From Blastocladiella emersonii ATCC 22665 (lineage: Eukaryota > Fungi > Blastocladiomycota), in assembly GCA_025594325.1 (NCBI GenBank), contig JANHCV010000002.1, positions 1,736,001 to 1,800,000 on the forward strand: 64,000 bases of DNA, given 5' to 3'. The stretch's first letter is position 1, and each line of letters begins with the position of its first letter. The notes under the pieces are model-generated. The model was not told the origin of the DNA. It worked only from the letters and a program-made list of their open reading frames with translations, and did not search any database. Of the stretch, positions 10,151 through 21,421 are shown piece after piece. A program made the position numbers and the translations under genes.

Positions 10151-13100
10151 TCATGACCGCGCCAGCAGCTCTGCGAACGTGTCGTTCCAGTGGAGGACCT
10201 GGTCCATGAACGCGTGGTCGCACTCGTCCTGCGACATGATGTACTCGTTGAGCGTGGCGCGGAACTCGAGGCACCGCGACACCACCGCCTGCATGCGCTC
10301 GCCCGACATGGACTGGCGGCGCGGCGGCGACGGCCCGCGCGGCGGCGAGTCGGGCGTCATGGCCGAGCCAAACTGCAGCGTCGCTACGGGCACGTCGTCG
10401 TCGTCATCATCGGCGGCGGTTGGGGTCGCGGCGCGGGGCGGCGCGGGGTCCGCGGACTGCGGCGGCAGCGACGACGTCTCGGCCTCCTGCAGAGCAGCAG
10501 TGACCGGAGGCGTCGCCTCGGGCGCGGGCGGCTCGACGACCGACCCGTCCTCGGCGAGCGCGACGCCGAGCCCGGCCGCGAGCGAGTGGACGGCCATCCA
10601 CGCGCGGTCGAGTGCGTCTCGCATCGACGCGAGGTGGGTCTCGCGGGCAATCACCGCCGCATTACGCGCACAAATCCGGGCGAGGTCGTCAGCGAACGCG
10701 CGTTTCTGGACATCGAGCGCTTCGGGGGTCGCGCCGAGCTCGACGCGGGTGACGCGTGGGTGCGCGAGGAGCGCCTGGGCGAGGGCCATGTACGCGCCGA
10801 GCTCCATGCGGTTCGCGGCGACGTTGAGCCGCTCGAGCGACCGGTTGCGCACGAGGCCGTTGCTCAGCGCGATGAGGGCCGCGGTGCCGAGCCCGGACTT
10901 GGCGACGCTCAGGCACTTGACGGGGCACGCGTCGGCCGCGAGCCACGCGGCGAGCGCCGTCATGGCCTCGACGTCGCGGCCGTCCGCCGAAAAGTCGTTG
11001 AGGCTCACGTCCAGCAGCTCGAGCGACGTGTTGCGCGCCATGGTCGCCGCGAACGCCGCAAAGTGCGCGCCCTGCACCGCGTTGTTGCCGAGGAGCAGGT
11101 GCTTGAGGTGCCCCGCGTGCGCCATGGCCTCGCCGAGAACGCGCACGCCGCTCTTGATGCTGTTGTCCGACAGGTCCAGCACCACGACGCCGCGCGCGCG
11201 CTTGCCCATGACCACGTCGCGCCACAGCGGGTCGTGCCGGTACCCCGCCGTCGACGAGGTCGTCGACGCGAACGACAGCGACGAGTCGGTCGACATGCGG
11301 ACGAGGGCTTTTTCGGACGCGGTCCGCGTCGACCCGGACGTTGCGGCGGCAGCGGCAGCGGTGGTGGGCGCGGCAGCGAGCGGCGGGGTCGGCGGCGGTG
11401 TCACCATGGACGTGGCGTCGCTCGGCGTCGGCGACGCGGCGGATGCGGACGTGACCGCTTGCGCCGCGCTGCTCGCGGTGGCGCTGCTCATGGTCGTGAG
11501 CGGGATGCTGACCATGCCCGACTCGTCGCCGATATCTGCGAGCAGAGCCACCTCCTCGGTCGCTGCCACCTCCTCGGCGACAACGGGCGGGATCGGCGCG
11601 GGCAGCTCGTTCTGGATAAAGATCCCGGCAATGACCGCGGCACCCATGGGATCGATACAGTTGCCGCGGAGCGAGAGCGATGAGAGGTTGGACCGCAGGA
11701 CGCCGGGGCACAGGACCTGGAGCGCCTCGGTCGTAAGCTTGCACCGGTCGAGCGTGAGGACCTGCAGCGTGGCGCCGAGCCCATCGGGGCCCTCGGCGAG
11801 CGCCTCGGCGAGCGGCGCAATATCGCCCGACGGGCCGATCCCGAGCGGGATCCCCGACAGGTCGAGCGATCGCAGCGCCGCCGACTTTTTGATAAACGCG
11901 CCGATCGTGTACGTGAAGGGCGGGAGCAGCGGCGGGTACGGCAGCACGTTGGCCGCGGGGCTCGACGTGTTGAAGGGCACGTTGGCGGGTGGCGCGGGCG
12001 GTGCGGTGGCGGCGGGAGGGGCGGCGCCGCCCGCGGCGGAGGAAAAGTAGCCCGACAGGCTCGAGAGGCTGGACCGGCGGCGGATCGCGTTGTTGTTGTT
12101 GGCGGTGGGCGCGGGAGTGGGCGGGATGATGGCGCCCGGCACGGGCATGGGCCGCGTCAGGTCCGGGTTCTCGGCGAGCGAAATGCTCGGGCACGAGTCG
12201 ACCTTGTACAGGAGGGCGAGGAGGTACCGTGCGACGTCGTTGGTCAGGGACACGTTGACGAGGCGCAGGTCGAGGAGGCCAAACTCGAGCTCGAGGATCC
12301 CGCCGAGCGCGAGCAGGTCGGGGCGGCGCAGCTGCATGTGCTGGACGACGAGCGTGGTGGGCGCCGTGTCGCCGGACCCGGACACGTGCGGGACCAGCGA
12401 GTCCATGACGGCCTTGAGCGGGCGCGTGCGCCGGTCGTTGCACGCCGCCATGTACGACTGGATCACCTCGCGCGCCGTGTACAGGCCTTTGGACACGCCC
12501 GGGATCTCGGGCTCGACGACCACCATGCCAGTCCCGGGCAGCGGGTGCTCGCTCGTCGGCGAGGTCCCCGCGGCGCCCTCGGGGAGCACGAACCGCACGC
12601 GCTTCGTGTGCGCGGACCCGCGACGCAGGCCCAGCGGCAGGTCGTCGTCGTCGTCCGCTTCCTCGTCGTCCTCGAGGTCGCTCGTGTCGCTGGCGACGAC
12701 GGCGGTCCGGCCCGAGGTCGCGTCGAGGGAGGCGAACTGGACGACCGGGCTGCTACTGGACCCCGCTGGTGAAGCGTCGGCCGCAGCGGGGCGGTCGGAT
12801 CCCGCCGCCGTCCCAAACGGGTTGTACGCGGCATCCTGCGCTTGGCGGACGCGCCGCGCTTCCCGGCGCGCCTCACGGCGGCGGCGCCGGCGAGCCGCCG
12901 CATCGGCCTGGTCGAAGAGGTCGGTATGGATGAGCGGGATACGCGAGTCGGGGTCGGCGGCGATCGCGAGCCACGAGGCGGGGATCCCGTTGACGGTGGT
13001 CTCCTCCTCGTCGCCGTCAAACGCGGCGGGCGGCGAGGCGGGCAGCAGCGAGCGGATGGACGTGGACAGCGACACGGCGGCGACCTGCACGTCGATGCTC

Positions 13101-13761
13101 AGGTTGCGCTTGAGCCACTCGGACGTCTTGAGGCTGAAGGTGGAGGTGGCGGCGGCGAGCGCGCCGCCGAGCAGGCCCTGGCCGGGCGGCGAGCCGGGGC
13201 CGCCCGCGCCCGACGCGCCGGCGGTGCCACCGGCGAAGAAGCCGTTGGCGGGGTTCGTCTTGAGGATCGACTTGATGGGCCGCGGCAGCGAGGATGGCGG
13301 CGAGGGCGTGGCCTGGGCGTCGTCGGCGGGCGACGGTCCTGCTGCGGGATCCGACGGTGATGATACAGGCGCGTCGGCAGGGGGCAGGGCGGGTGGTGGT
13401 GGTGGAAGCAAAGTGGAAGCGGCGCGGGGTTCGGCAACGACGTCGCCGCCGGCGGATGGCGGAAGCGCGACCTGCTGCTCCTACGGATACGGCGCGCAGA
13501 GGATCAGTTCTCAGCGTCATCAAGTTGCGCAAAGGCAGCGCGCGCGCGTACGAGAAGAAGCGCGAGGGCGGCGTCCAGCGACTCGCCGTTGGTGCACTCG
13601 ATGGCGGCCTGGGCGGTACCGAGCTCGACGCCGCGGCCGAGCAGCTGCGCGAGGATGGCGTCCTTGCGCTCGAGCGACGGCGACGCGGGCGCGCGGTCTT
13701 CTGCGGCGGAAACCGGATCGCTCGCGGTTGCAGCGACGAGTGGGACAGGTGTTGATGACAT
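10151..13761 (-). CDS. PP1-regulatory RNI-type LRR protein (PPP1R37/Mhp1/Gip3-like) with an N-terminal UBA-like exon
   Basis: Exon 1 (13761-13552) encodes a UBA-like helix bundle. Intron 13551-13481 (GTACG...CGTAG) splices in frame to ORF 10151-13411, which has a SILK motif (IKSILK), an RVxF motif (KRVRF) and many RNI-like LRRs (LRSLDLSG, LQVLTLDRC, LSLRGNCI, LDLSDNSI, LDVSLNDF). Confidence 0.8.
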
Positions 13762-14244
13762 TGCAGTGGCAGAGTGCGGGCCGTTGGACTCGAGCCAGCC
13801 GAGCAAGGAGGGAGGACCAAGACGGACGCGTGTGCGAGCGGGAGAAGGGACCGCACAGGCCGGCAGCGCGGGTGGCGTAGCGGGCGGAGGCTGGGCGACC
13901 AGGCGAGGGGTCCGCGCCGCTCTCCCTTGCTTGTTCTTTCACGCGCACGCAAAGAGGGCCGGGCGGTGCGGCGGTTGCCCGGAGCGACTCGAACAGGGAT
14001 CAGCGTCGGCGGGCACCGAGTGACGTCTGCGGCGGCGAGGCGAGGCGAGGTGACGACGACGACGACGCGACGGCCAAGGAACGGCCCGCGTGGACGCGGA
14101 CGCGGCAGGTCGGCGCGTGTGGGTGGCGTTCGACCGGCCGAGCCGTCCGTGACAGCTATTCTTACCCAAGAAGCCTTGACCTACAACTGACACGACGCTG
14201 GAGTGCGTGCGCGGTCATAAGCGTCAATCCCACAACAGGGATTG

Positions 14245-14282
14245 GTGACCTTGCAAGGTGTGACCTTGCAAGGTGTGACCTT
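14245..14282. repeat. 15-bp tandem repeat (about 2.5 units), each unit containing the palindrome ACCTTGCAAGGT
   Basis: gtgaccttgcaaggtgtgaccttgcaaggtgtgacctt, lying between divergently transcribed genes. Confidence 0.8.
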
Positions 14283-14739
14283 TTGGTTTATTTTTGCTTC
14301 GGAGGCGCCGAAGGACACGTGTTGTGTGCAGCGCGTCATGCGCCCTCTGTCGTTGCTTGACGCGTACGCCACGACGATATCGACGAGCGAAAATCGTGCA
14401 GGCGCTCAAGCGAGCTGTGCCGAAGGTGCGGAGCAAGGGCCGAGCCGTGTGGCCTCCTCCCTGCTCGCGCTCCGCGCTCTCTCTCACCCTCTTCACTCTG
14501 CTCTTGCGTCCCGAACACTCGGCTGAAGCCGCCGGTCATGAACCTCATGCAATGAATTCTGGGAGTCACTGCCGGTGATAGCCCAAGCAGGGGTGGCCCA
14601 AGGCCCGCGCTGTCCTGCATGAGGGAACACCGCCGCGGCCATCGCAAACTCATCGGCGCTCTAGCTCTTGCTCTCGCTCCCTCTCTCGAGTCATGTGCCA
14701 CCATTCTGAACGCGACTCGTCGACTTTTTGGCCGCCACC

Positions 14740-16234
14740 ATGAGCATGCTGTCGCTCTACGCCAACCGTAACCTCCGCGTCGACAGGACGGGCTCGATCA
14801 CCACGTACACTCTCATCCCTCTCCGCCACGCCTCGCTCGGCACCTCCATTTACATCCCGACGGCCCAAGGCGGCCGCACCAGCTTCACCGTGACGGGCAC
14901 GAGCGGCGTCGACTCGGTCTTCACCGCCATCTTCTCCGTCGTGGAGGGATCCACCGCGCCGATTCTGCTCACCCGTCTGCTTCCGCCCGAGGTCGAGGAG
15001 AGTAAGCTCGTCGCCCAGTCGTTCGAGGAGTCGCTCGTGGCCACCGGCAAGCTCCTGTACCGCGGCCTCCCGGCTAGTCCCTCCAACCACCGCGCCGCCG
15101 TTGCCCGCCGCCTCGCCGTCATGACCATCGACCACGCCAAAGGCTTCTTCGATGCGCCGCGCGCGCACCTCATCGACCGGCTTCCTGGCGTGACGCACGG
15201 TACGATTCTTGTGCCGATCCGTATCGCGTGCGCGTGCTGACTTAAATGTGATTCGTTCGTGTAGCTGCTGCCGCGTCCAAGGACGGCCTGCATCTCGGCC
15301 CCGAGCAGTTTAACCCCGAGGTCGCGTTCGCCGCCTTCGCCCAGGACGACATGGAGCTTCTCGGTCTCAACGATCCGCCTCAACGCATCCGCTACCGCCC
15401 GCTTCTCCTCGCCCGCTCCACGTCCTCGCCCGGCTTCAACGACGGCGTCTCGATGGACGGCTCGACCTACTGCTTCTCGTCGACCCTTTGGCGCGCACTC
15501 GCAGGGCACACCCGCCAACGAGCTCGAACGCGTCTTTCGTGCGACCCGGCTCGCGTCGGCCATCCCTAACGGCACGCTTGACGACCGAGTCCCCGTCATG
15601 ATGCGGCTCCGCGTGCTTGACGACGAGCGGCTTCCGATCACGGGCCCCGAGGGCTCCCTGCTTCCGCGCTGCGAGTCGCAGTCGTCGCTCGATGCGTTCA
15701 GGTTCATGGCCGAGCCAAAGGCTGCGCGGTACGTTTCTCACCGGCTACGATTCACCCGCACTGGACGCTCACAGTTCCGATAGCCACGCTTGCCTTCGCG
15801 CCACCGTATTCGCGTGCGCCTTCGACGACGGCGCTGACGGCGACGAGGCTTCGACCGCCGCCCCTGGGCCCGCAGTCGCAACGACCAATTCTCCCGCCAC
15901 GGCGACCACGCCCACGAGCGCGCGCAACGAGGACGGACCCCGTCACCCCATGGTCCAGCCGTACCTGAACGAGGCCAAGAACCGCCTCTTCGCGCCCAAG
16001 GAGCGCATCAACTACTTTGCCATCGTCGCCGAGCAGGACTCGTGGCACCTGTGCGCGTCGTGGCTGCTCAAGGACCGCAACCGCTGCGCGACGGCGCTCA
16101 AGCGCGGCCGCCCGCGCTACTCGGAGGCCATCAACCTCGGCCCGCTGCGCACCTTCCCCTCGCTCAACCAGATCACCAAGGCCGCCGGATGCTCGCGTAT
16201 CCGCGTCCACTCGCTGCTGTACGCGATGATGTGA
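14740..16234 (+). CDS. Uncharacterised protein, tandem paralog A (2 introns; probable frameshift near 15483)
   Basis: ATG in a gccgccaccATG context, GTACG introns at about 15200-15265 and 15729-15783, and colinear similarity to paralog B along its whole length. The reading frame slips from frame 3 to frame 1 at SS|PF. Confidence 0.65.
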
Positions 16235-16419
16235 AGGTCGCGGCGCGCGGCTGGGCGCGCACGCACGGCTGTTTCTCGGAGACGATGGATGAGGATGTAT
16301 CGAATACAATGCAATTTGCATGTCGAAACAGACTCCGCGCGAAAGCCGAGAGAAATGAGGGACTGCGCGACCGCCGCGGGCCTTGCACAGGGCTGCGGCC
16401 AGCAGCTGGGTCGGCAACG

Positions 16420-17140
16420 TGGCTGGGCGCGTTGTAAGGGCACGTCGCGTCGTGTGCTTGCGAGCCAACCGCCCTGCAGGTGCACCTGTCGGCGTGCGCG
16501 AAACGGTCCGGGTACAGCGCGTGCAGGCCCTGGCTGGCGCGACGGCGGAAGGCCCGCAGCCGCCTTGAGCGCGACATCCGTCATGCCGTTCTGCTCCCGC
16601 GACGTCTCGCGGGCGAGCGGCTTGGTCGCGCCGTGGAGCGCAAGCGACGTCGCGACCCAGTCCGCGCCGTCCACGCCCGCACTGTCCTGCTGCTGCTGCG
16701 CGAGCACCATGGCCGCCCGCGTCGGGCACTCGGTCTTGAAGCGGCGCGCGATGAACTTGCGCGCGAGTCCGAGCACACGGCCGCGCCCTGGAAGTGCGGC
16801 GCGTGCGACGGGGTGCCCAGCGCGCAGATGTCCGGGTGCACGCGCGCTGTGGTCTCGCTGTGGTCGCGCTCCGCCGAGCCCATGAACGCGAGCACGTCAG
16901 CCGTCGTGGTACCAAGGTCGCTGTAGCCGTTGACCCACTCGGGCGTAAGCGAGACCCCGTGGCCCTCGAGTGCGACGCACACCGCCGCTCACAGGTCCAA
17001 GTTCTGCCCGTGGACATGCCCGCGCAGCTTGGTCGGCGTCCGTTGCAGATGCGTCTCGACGGCCGCGACGAGCGCTCGCGCACGCGCAGCGCGGTGCACG
17101 GCGCGACGTCGTCCATGGCAAGCTGCACGTAGCGCCGACG
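16420..17140 (-). mobile_element. Degenerate 3' fragment of a non-LTR (LINE-like) retroelement: RNase H C-terminus plus a Cys/His finger
   Basis: Reads HGQNLDL*AAVCVALEGHGVSLTPEWVNGYSDLGTTTADVLA, similar to the RNase H motif N.DLW...WVkgH...N..AD.lA with W mutated to a stop. After frameshifts it reads LHALYPDRFAHADRCTCRAVGSQAHDATCP, similar to the terminal zinc finger of LINE ORF2. Confidence 0.45.
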
Positions 17141-17377
17141 TCTTTGCGCGTCTACACTGTACGCGTCCTCTCTGATGAACCAGAGACCCTGCCGTCCACA
17201 CCACTGCGACCTGTCGCAATGTATCAAACTCAGTCCACCGAGGCTTCAGGCCGTGCTAAGGCTCCCGGTGCTGTTCGCCAACCTGCGCGCCATCGACTCG
17301 TCGCCCTTCCCTCGCGTCCCTGATCCCGCCTTGATCCCGACGTATCAACAACCCGGAACCACGCACACATCACCACG

Positions 17378-19195
17378 ATGCTGTCCTCGATGCTGGTCCC
17401 CAAGCCGTCCTTCCCGGCGGACGCAAACGGCGCGGACGCGGCGGCAAGAGCGCAAACAAGTCGCCCGCTGCCCTCACCGCCACGCCCGCAGGCAACGCTG
17501 CGCGCGTCACCAACGACGACCTGTCGTTCCCGTGCTCGGCCGAGTCCACGTGCATCTACATCCCCGCCGACGCTCGCGTCGCCAAGGAGGGCCGCGTCGC
17601 GTTCGTCGCGACGGGCACGTCCGGCATCGACGCCGTGTTCGACGCCGTCTTCCGCGTCGCCATGGGCTCGGCTGCGCTGCCGCTCATGGAGCGTCTGCTG
17701 CCGCCCGAGGTCCCCGCGAGCTCGCTGCGCGACAAGTCGTTTGTCGAGTCGCTCAGGGCCACAGGTAAGCTGCTCAAGTGCCCCGACCTGCCTTCCACTA
17801 CGGCCGCCCGTTGCACTGCGCTCGGTCGGCGGCTCGCGACCATGGCGCTCGACTACGCCAACGGGTTCTTTGACGGGCCCCGCGCGCTCTTTATCGACCA
17901 GCTCCCCGGTGTGACGCGCGGTACGCTCGCTTTTGATGGACCGCGAGCGGTACTCGTCGCCCTACTGACCTCGCTCCTCTCGTGTCTTGAACGGGTAGAC
18001 GCTACCACTTCGGAAGACGGGCTGGCGCTCGACCCCGTAGAGTTCGGACCCGACACCGCGTTCCGCACGTTCGAGACATACGACCGCGAGCTCGTCCAGC
18101 TCAACGCGAGCCCCGCGACGCGGATCCGCCACCGCCCGCTCCTCGTCTCGTTTGCCGAGTCGCACCCGGGGTTCGACGAGGGCGTCGAGGTCGTTGTGGA
18201 CGCTGAGCAGGAGGGCGGCGGGCAGGGCGTCACGTACACGTACTCGTCCGTCCCGTTCACGGCCGCGACCACGGTGACGCCCGCCAAACTCATCGACACG
18301 GTCCTCGCCAAGTCGGGGCACGCCGAGATCCTCGCAGCGGGCGTGCTGACCGACATGGTGCCCGTTATGCTCCGCCTGCGGGTCGTCGACGACGCGCGGC
18401 TGCCAGTGACGGGCCCCGCCGACTCGGCGCTCCCGCGTCGCGAGGAGCAGGCGTCGCTCGACGTGCTGCAGCTCAGCCAGAAGCCCAAGACGCCGTACGT
18501 TCTCATTTTCTACGTCCGATGGCCGCTTTGGCTAACGACATGATCTCGCCTCGTACAGGAACGTGGTCCTCCGTGCCGCCATCTTCGCGTGCGCGCCCGA
18601 CGACGTGGCCATGGTGGTCGACGCTCAGCCCACGCCGCATCCCCCGCGTCCCCCGCGCACCGAGATCGCTTTCGACAACGTGCAGGCTGACGAGCACCGC
18701 CGCCAGCACCGCGCGGTCCAGCCGCACCTCAACGAGGCCAAGAACCGCGCACGCGCGCGCGAGGCCCACATCGCCTACTTCTCGCTCGTCGCGGAGCACG
18801 GCAACTGGCACCTGTGTTCGTCGTGGCGCGGCGGCGCGGGCCAGAACGCGGACCGGAACCGGTGCGCGCAAGATCTCGCCAAGGGGCGGCCGCGCACGTC
18901 GCGGTCAGTCGCGCTGTGCTCGACGGCCACGTTCCCCACGCTCGCCCAGATCACCGCGGCCGTCGGTCACCCGCATGTTCGACTTCACTCGCTCCTTTAC
19001 GCGCTGCCGCATCTGCACGAGGCCGTGGCCATGGAGGAGAGCGGCGAGGAGGACGAGGCCGCGTCGGCGGCCAACAACGACGGCGCCGCGGGAAGCGCGG
19101 AGTCGGACCACATGCAAGAGCGTTGCGCGACCTCGGGCCGACGGAGGTATCGTGTACAAAGCATTTGTGTCCGTGTCAATGAAGTGTTGTTCTGA
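17378..19195 (+). CDS. Uncharacterised protein, tandem paralog B (5' structure uncertain)
   Basis: High-GC3 exons aligning to paralog A (IYIP...TGTSG.D.VF; SF.ESL.ATGKLL; RIR.RPLL; VPVM.RLRV.DD.RLP.TGP; VQP.LNEAKNR; WHLC.SW; R.HSLLYA). In-frame intron about 17921-17998 and intron about 18497-18558. Confidence 0.7.
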
Positions 19196-19444
19196 AGCGC
19201 CTAAGTTCCTTCATCGCGTCAGAGGTGTGGGGCCAACGCTGCATTCACTCGTTAGAGCGAATGCAGCGTGCAGCATGTTCAAAAGTCTGGCTCATGCGAG
19301 TTGAGAAGAGGATGGGGTCCAGGAGAGCAGAGGGCCGCGAAACGACAGTAAGAAGTGGTCGCTGTCCCCGCCGCGCAGCGGGCAGGAGCGCGAACAGCAA
19401 GAGCGATGTGCGATGACAGCGTGCCGTGGCTGAACTTACACCCA

Positions 19445-19520
19445 CAACCGGGTCGGCGGTGGGCGGCGTTTGGGGTCAAATACGCGTCCTCCCCCCTAGA
19501 CTTCGCCTTAGGGCAAAATC

Positions 19521-19551
<31 letters not shown>

Positions 19552-20376
19552 GGTCCCTGCGCAAGGATGACACACTGTCTCTTGAGTGGAAGCATCTTCT
19601 AGATGCGAATTTTTTTTTGCATGTGATACTTTTGACCCGGGGGTGCGCTGGGACTTGGTGGTCCAGTGGCCTGCTGGTGACTCCAGCGCACCCTTACCGT
19701 GGTCTGACCGTGCAAATAGCCTCTAGATGCGGTTATATACTCGTTTTAGTCGTCATACTTGACTTGTAAAAGTCGCGGTGACGGCTGACTTGACGAGATA
19801 TGACTGGTCGCGGCGGCTGGAGCATGGCGGCCACGCAGTTTTTTGAGACTCCTTGAACGCTCACCACCACCACGCATCGACGTTGACTCATGCCGCGTGG
19901 TGCGATAACCGTGGCCCCCTTGCTGTTGCTGCGATCCTCGCCCAACGACTTGCACAAACTCGAACTTGAGCTCGGGCGCAGTGGCAGGACAGGTCCGCTG
20001 CCGCTCGCGATAACGCGGTCGCGGCGGCCACTTTCTTCTCCTAGACCGCCTGGATCCACTCGTTTTCATGGCCGTGTCGTGTCCACCACCAACTCGACTA
20101 GACCCTGAAGCGGGACGGCGTGCGGGACGCGTTTCTGCCCCACGAGATCGCTCTTATCGCCCCTTCTTTGATCAAATCGACGGGATCGACAGAATTCAAA
20201 GAGAGTTGCGTTCAACGTGTGGGCGGATGATCAAGGGAATTGGTGGAACCGGCTTGACATCGCGTCGCGTCGCGTCGCACGCGTTTGACATGTGGGTCGC
20301 ACGAATCCAGACCTCCAACTCCCCTCAGTGCGGCCCTGTGCGGAACGGCGCGACATTCCGGGAGTTAACCGACCTC
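19445..20376 (+). repeat. Left copy of a ~940-bp inverted segmental duplication (U6 gene, ~60 bp upstream and ~760 bp downstream flank)
   Basis: Reverse-complement match to 38441-39389 along the whole length, with scattered substitutions and small indels. Confidence 0.95.
19505..19618 (+). ncRNA. U6: U6 spliceosomal snRNA, copy 1 (5' end approximate)
   Basis: AAAATTGGAACGATACAGAGAAGATTAGCATGGTCCCTGCGCAAGGATGACAC: ACAGAGA box at 19535-19541, AGC triad and ISL. Ends in a T9 Pol III terminator. Confidence 0.97.
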
Positions 20377-20389
20377 TTTGAAAGTATCC

Positions 20390-21421
20390 GCGTTCTTGAC
20401 TTGGCTGGCTCCTCTGTATCGCCTACGAGTACTGACGCACAGGCCCCCGCCGCCTCGCGCACAGTCCTCGAGCAGCAGCTTCACCTCGAGATTGAGATCG
20501 AAATCGAGATTGTCACCGCCGCCGCTGTCAAGGTCTCGACCCCCCATCACCTCGGCCTCGGCCAGCAAGAAGGCCAAGCCGCTCAAAACGCCCAAGGACT
20601 CGAAGCGCTTGCTTTACCTTCAACAAGGTCGCGTGCATCGTCACGCGCGCCGACGGTATCGGCCAGGGCGAGGTGTCGAACGGCGCCAAGGCCGCCCGCA
20701 TCGTGCTCGAGACCCCGTCGCACGACCTCGCCAAGGTGCTGACCACGCTCGCCGTGCCCCAGCTCGGCAAGCCTGTCGAAAAGGTCCGCGAGGCCGCTCG
20801 CGGCGTCGGGTCGGTCGACCCCAAGGTACTCGGGTCCGCGGTGGCCAAGGCGCTTGGGAACAACGGGACCACGGCGCACACCGGGATTTACAGTTGGCTT
20901 CGGGCGCCGAGTCGCTGGACGATGCGGTGGTCCAGAAGTGGATTCGTGTTGCCGAGGTAAGTTGCTCTCGCCTCACCTCGTCGCCGTCGATCGCCCGCTA
21001 ACGCTCGATATGCGCGCGTCAATAGCGCTGCCTCCGCTCAAACTCGGATTTCGCGACGCTCGACGCGATCAGCCTCGCGCTTGAGTTCATCGACGCGGAC
21101 AAGGCGTTCACGATGGCGCCGCACGAGCGCCGCGCGCTGAAGCGCATCCTCGCGCTCAACAACATGTGTGGCAAGACCAAGGGCGTCAATATGCCCATCG
21201 AGAACAAGATGGTGGCCGCGGCGTCGGCCCAGTGTACGCTCCGCATGGTGCCGCTCATCGCGCCTGTGCTGGCGACGCTGTGCACGGCCGAGGTCTCGAC
21301 GGTCGAGGGGTCGTACTCCAAGAACGTGGCCATGGCGGTCGAGTTCTTCGGCCGCGTCGAGATGCCCCTGATCGCGCCGGCCCCCGACGCCGTGTTCGAG
21401 GCTGTGGCGGCGCTGATCTGA
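20390..21421 (+). pseudogene. Frameshifted gene of unknown family
   Basis: High-GC3 coding blocks switch frame near 20610 and near 20885. One canonical intron (GTAAGT...AATAG, 20957-21025). The last exon ends ...DAVFEAVAALI*. Confidence 0.5.

Noticed and set aside
15447-15504. Intron that would repair the paralog A frameshift
   Set aside because: The 26-nt candidate gives the wrong frame. The 58-nt candidate removes sequence clearly homologous to paralog B (TYCFSS versus TYTYSS).
19636-19700. tRNA gene or C/D snoRNA downstream of U6
   Set aside because: No anticodon arm and no intact TTCGA loop. The CTGA box-D candidate is not conserved in copy 2. Kept only as a low-ranked finding.
20068-20376. 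Conserved protein-coding ORF within the duplicated flank (…AFDMWVARIQ.SNSP..GPVRNGATFREL…)
   Set aside because: The similarity simply reflects DNA duplication, and copy 2 has a frame-breaking 16-nt insertion.
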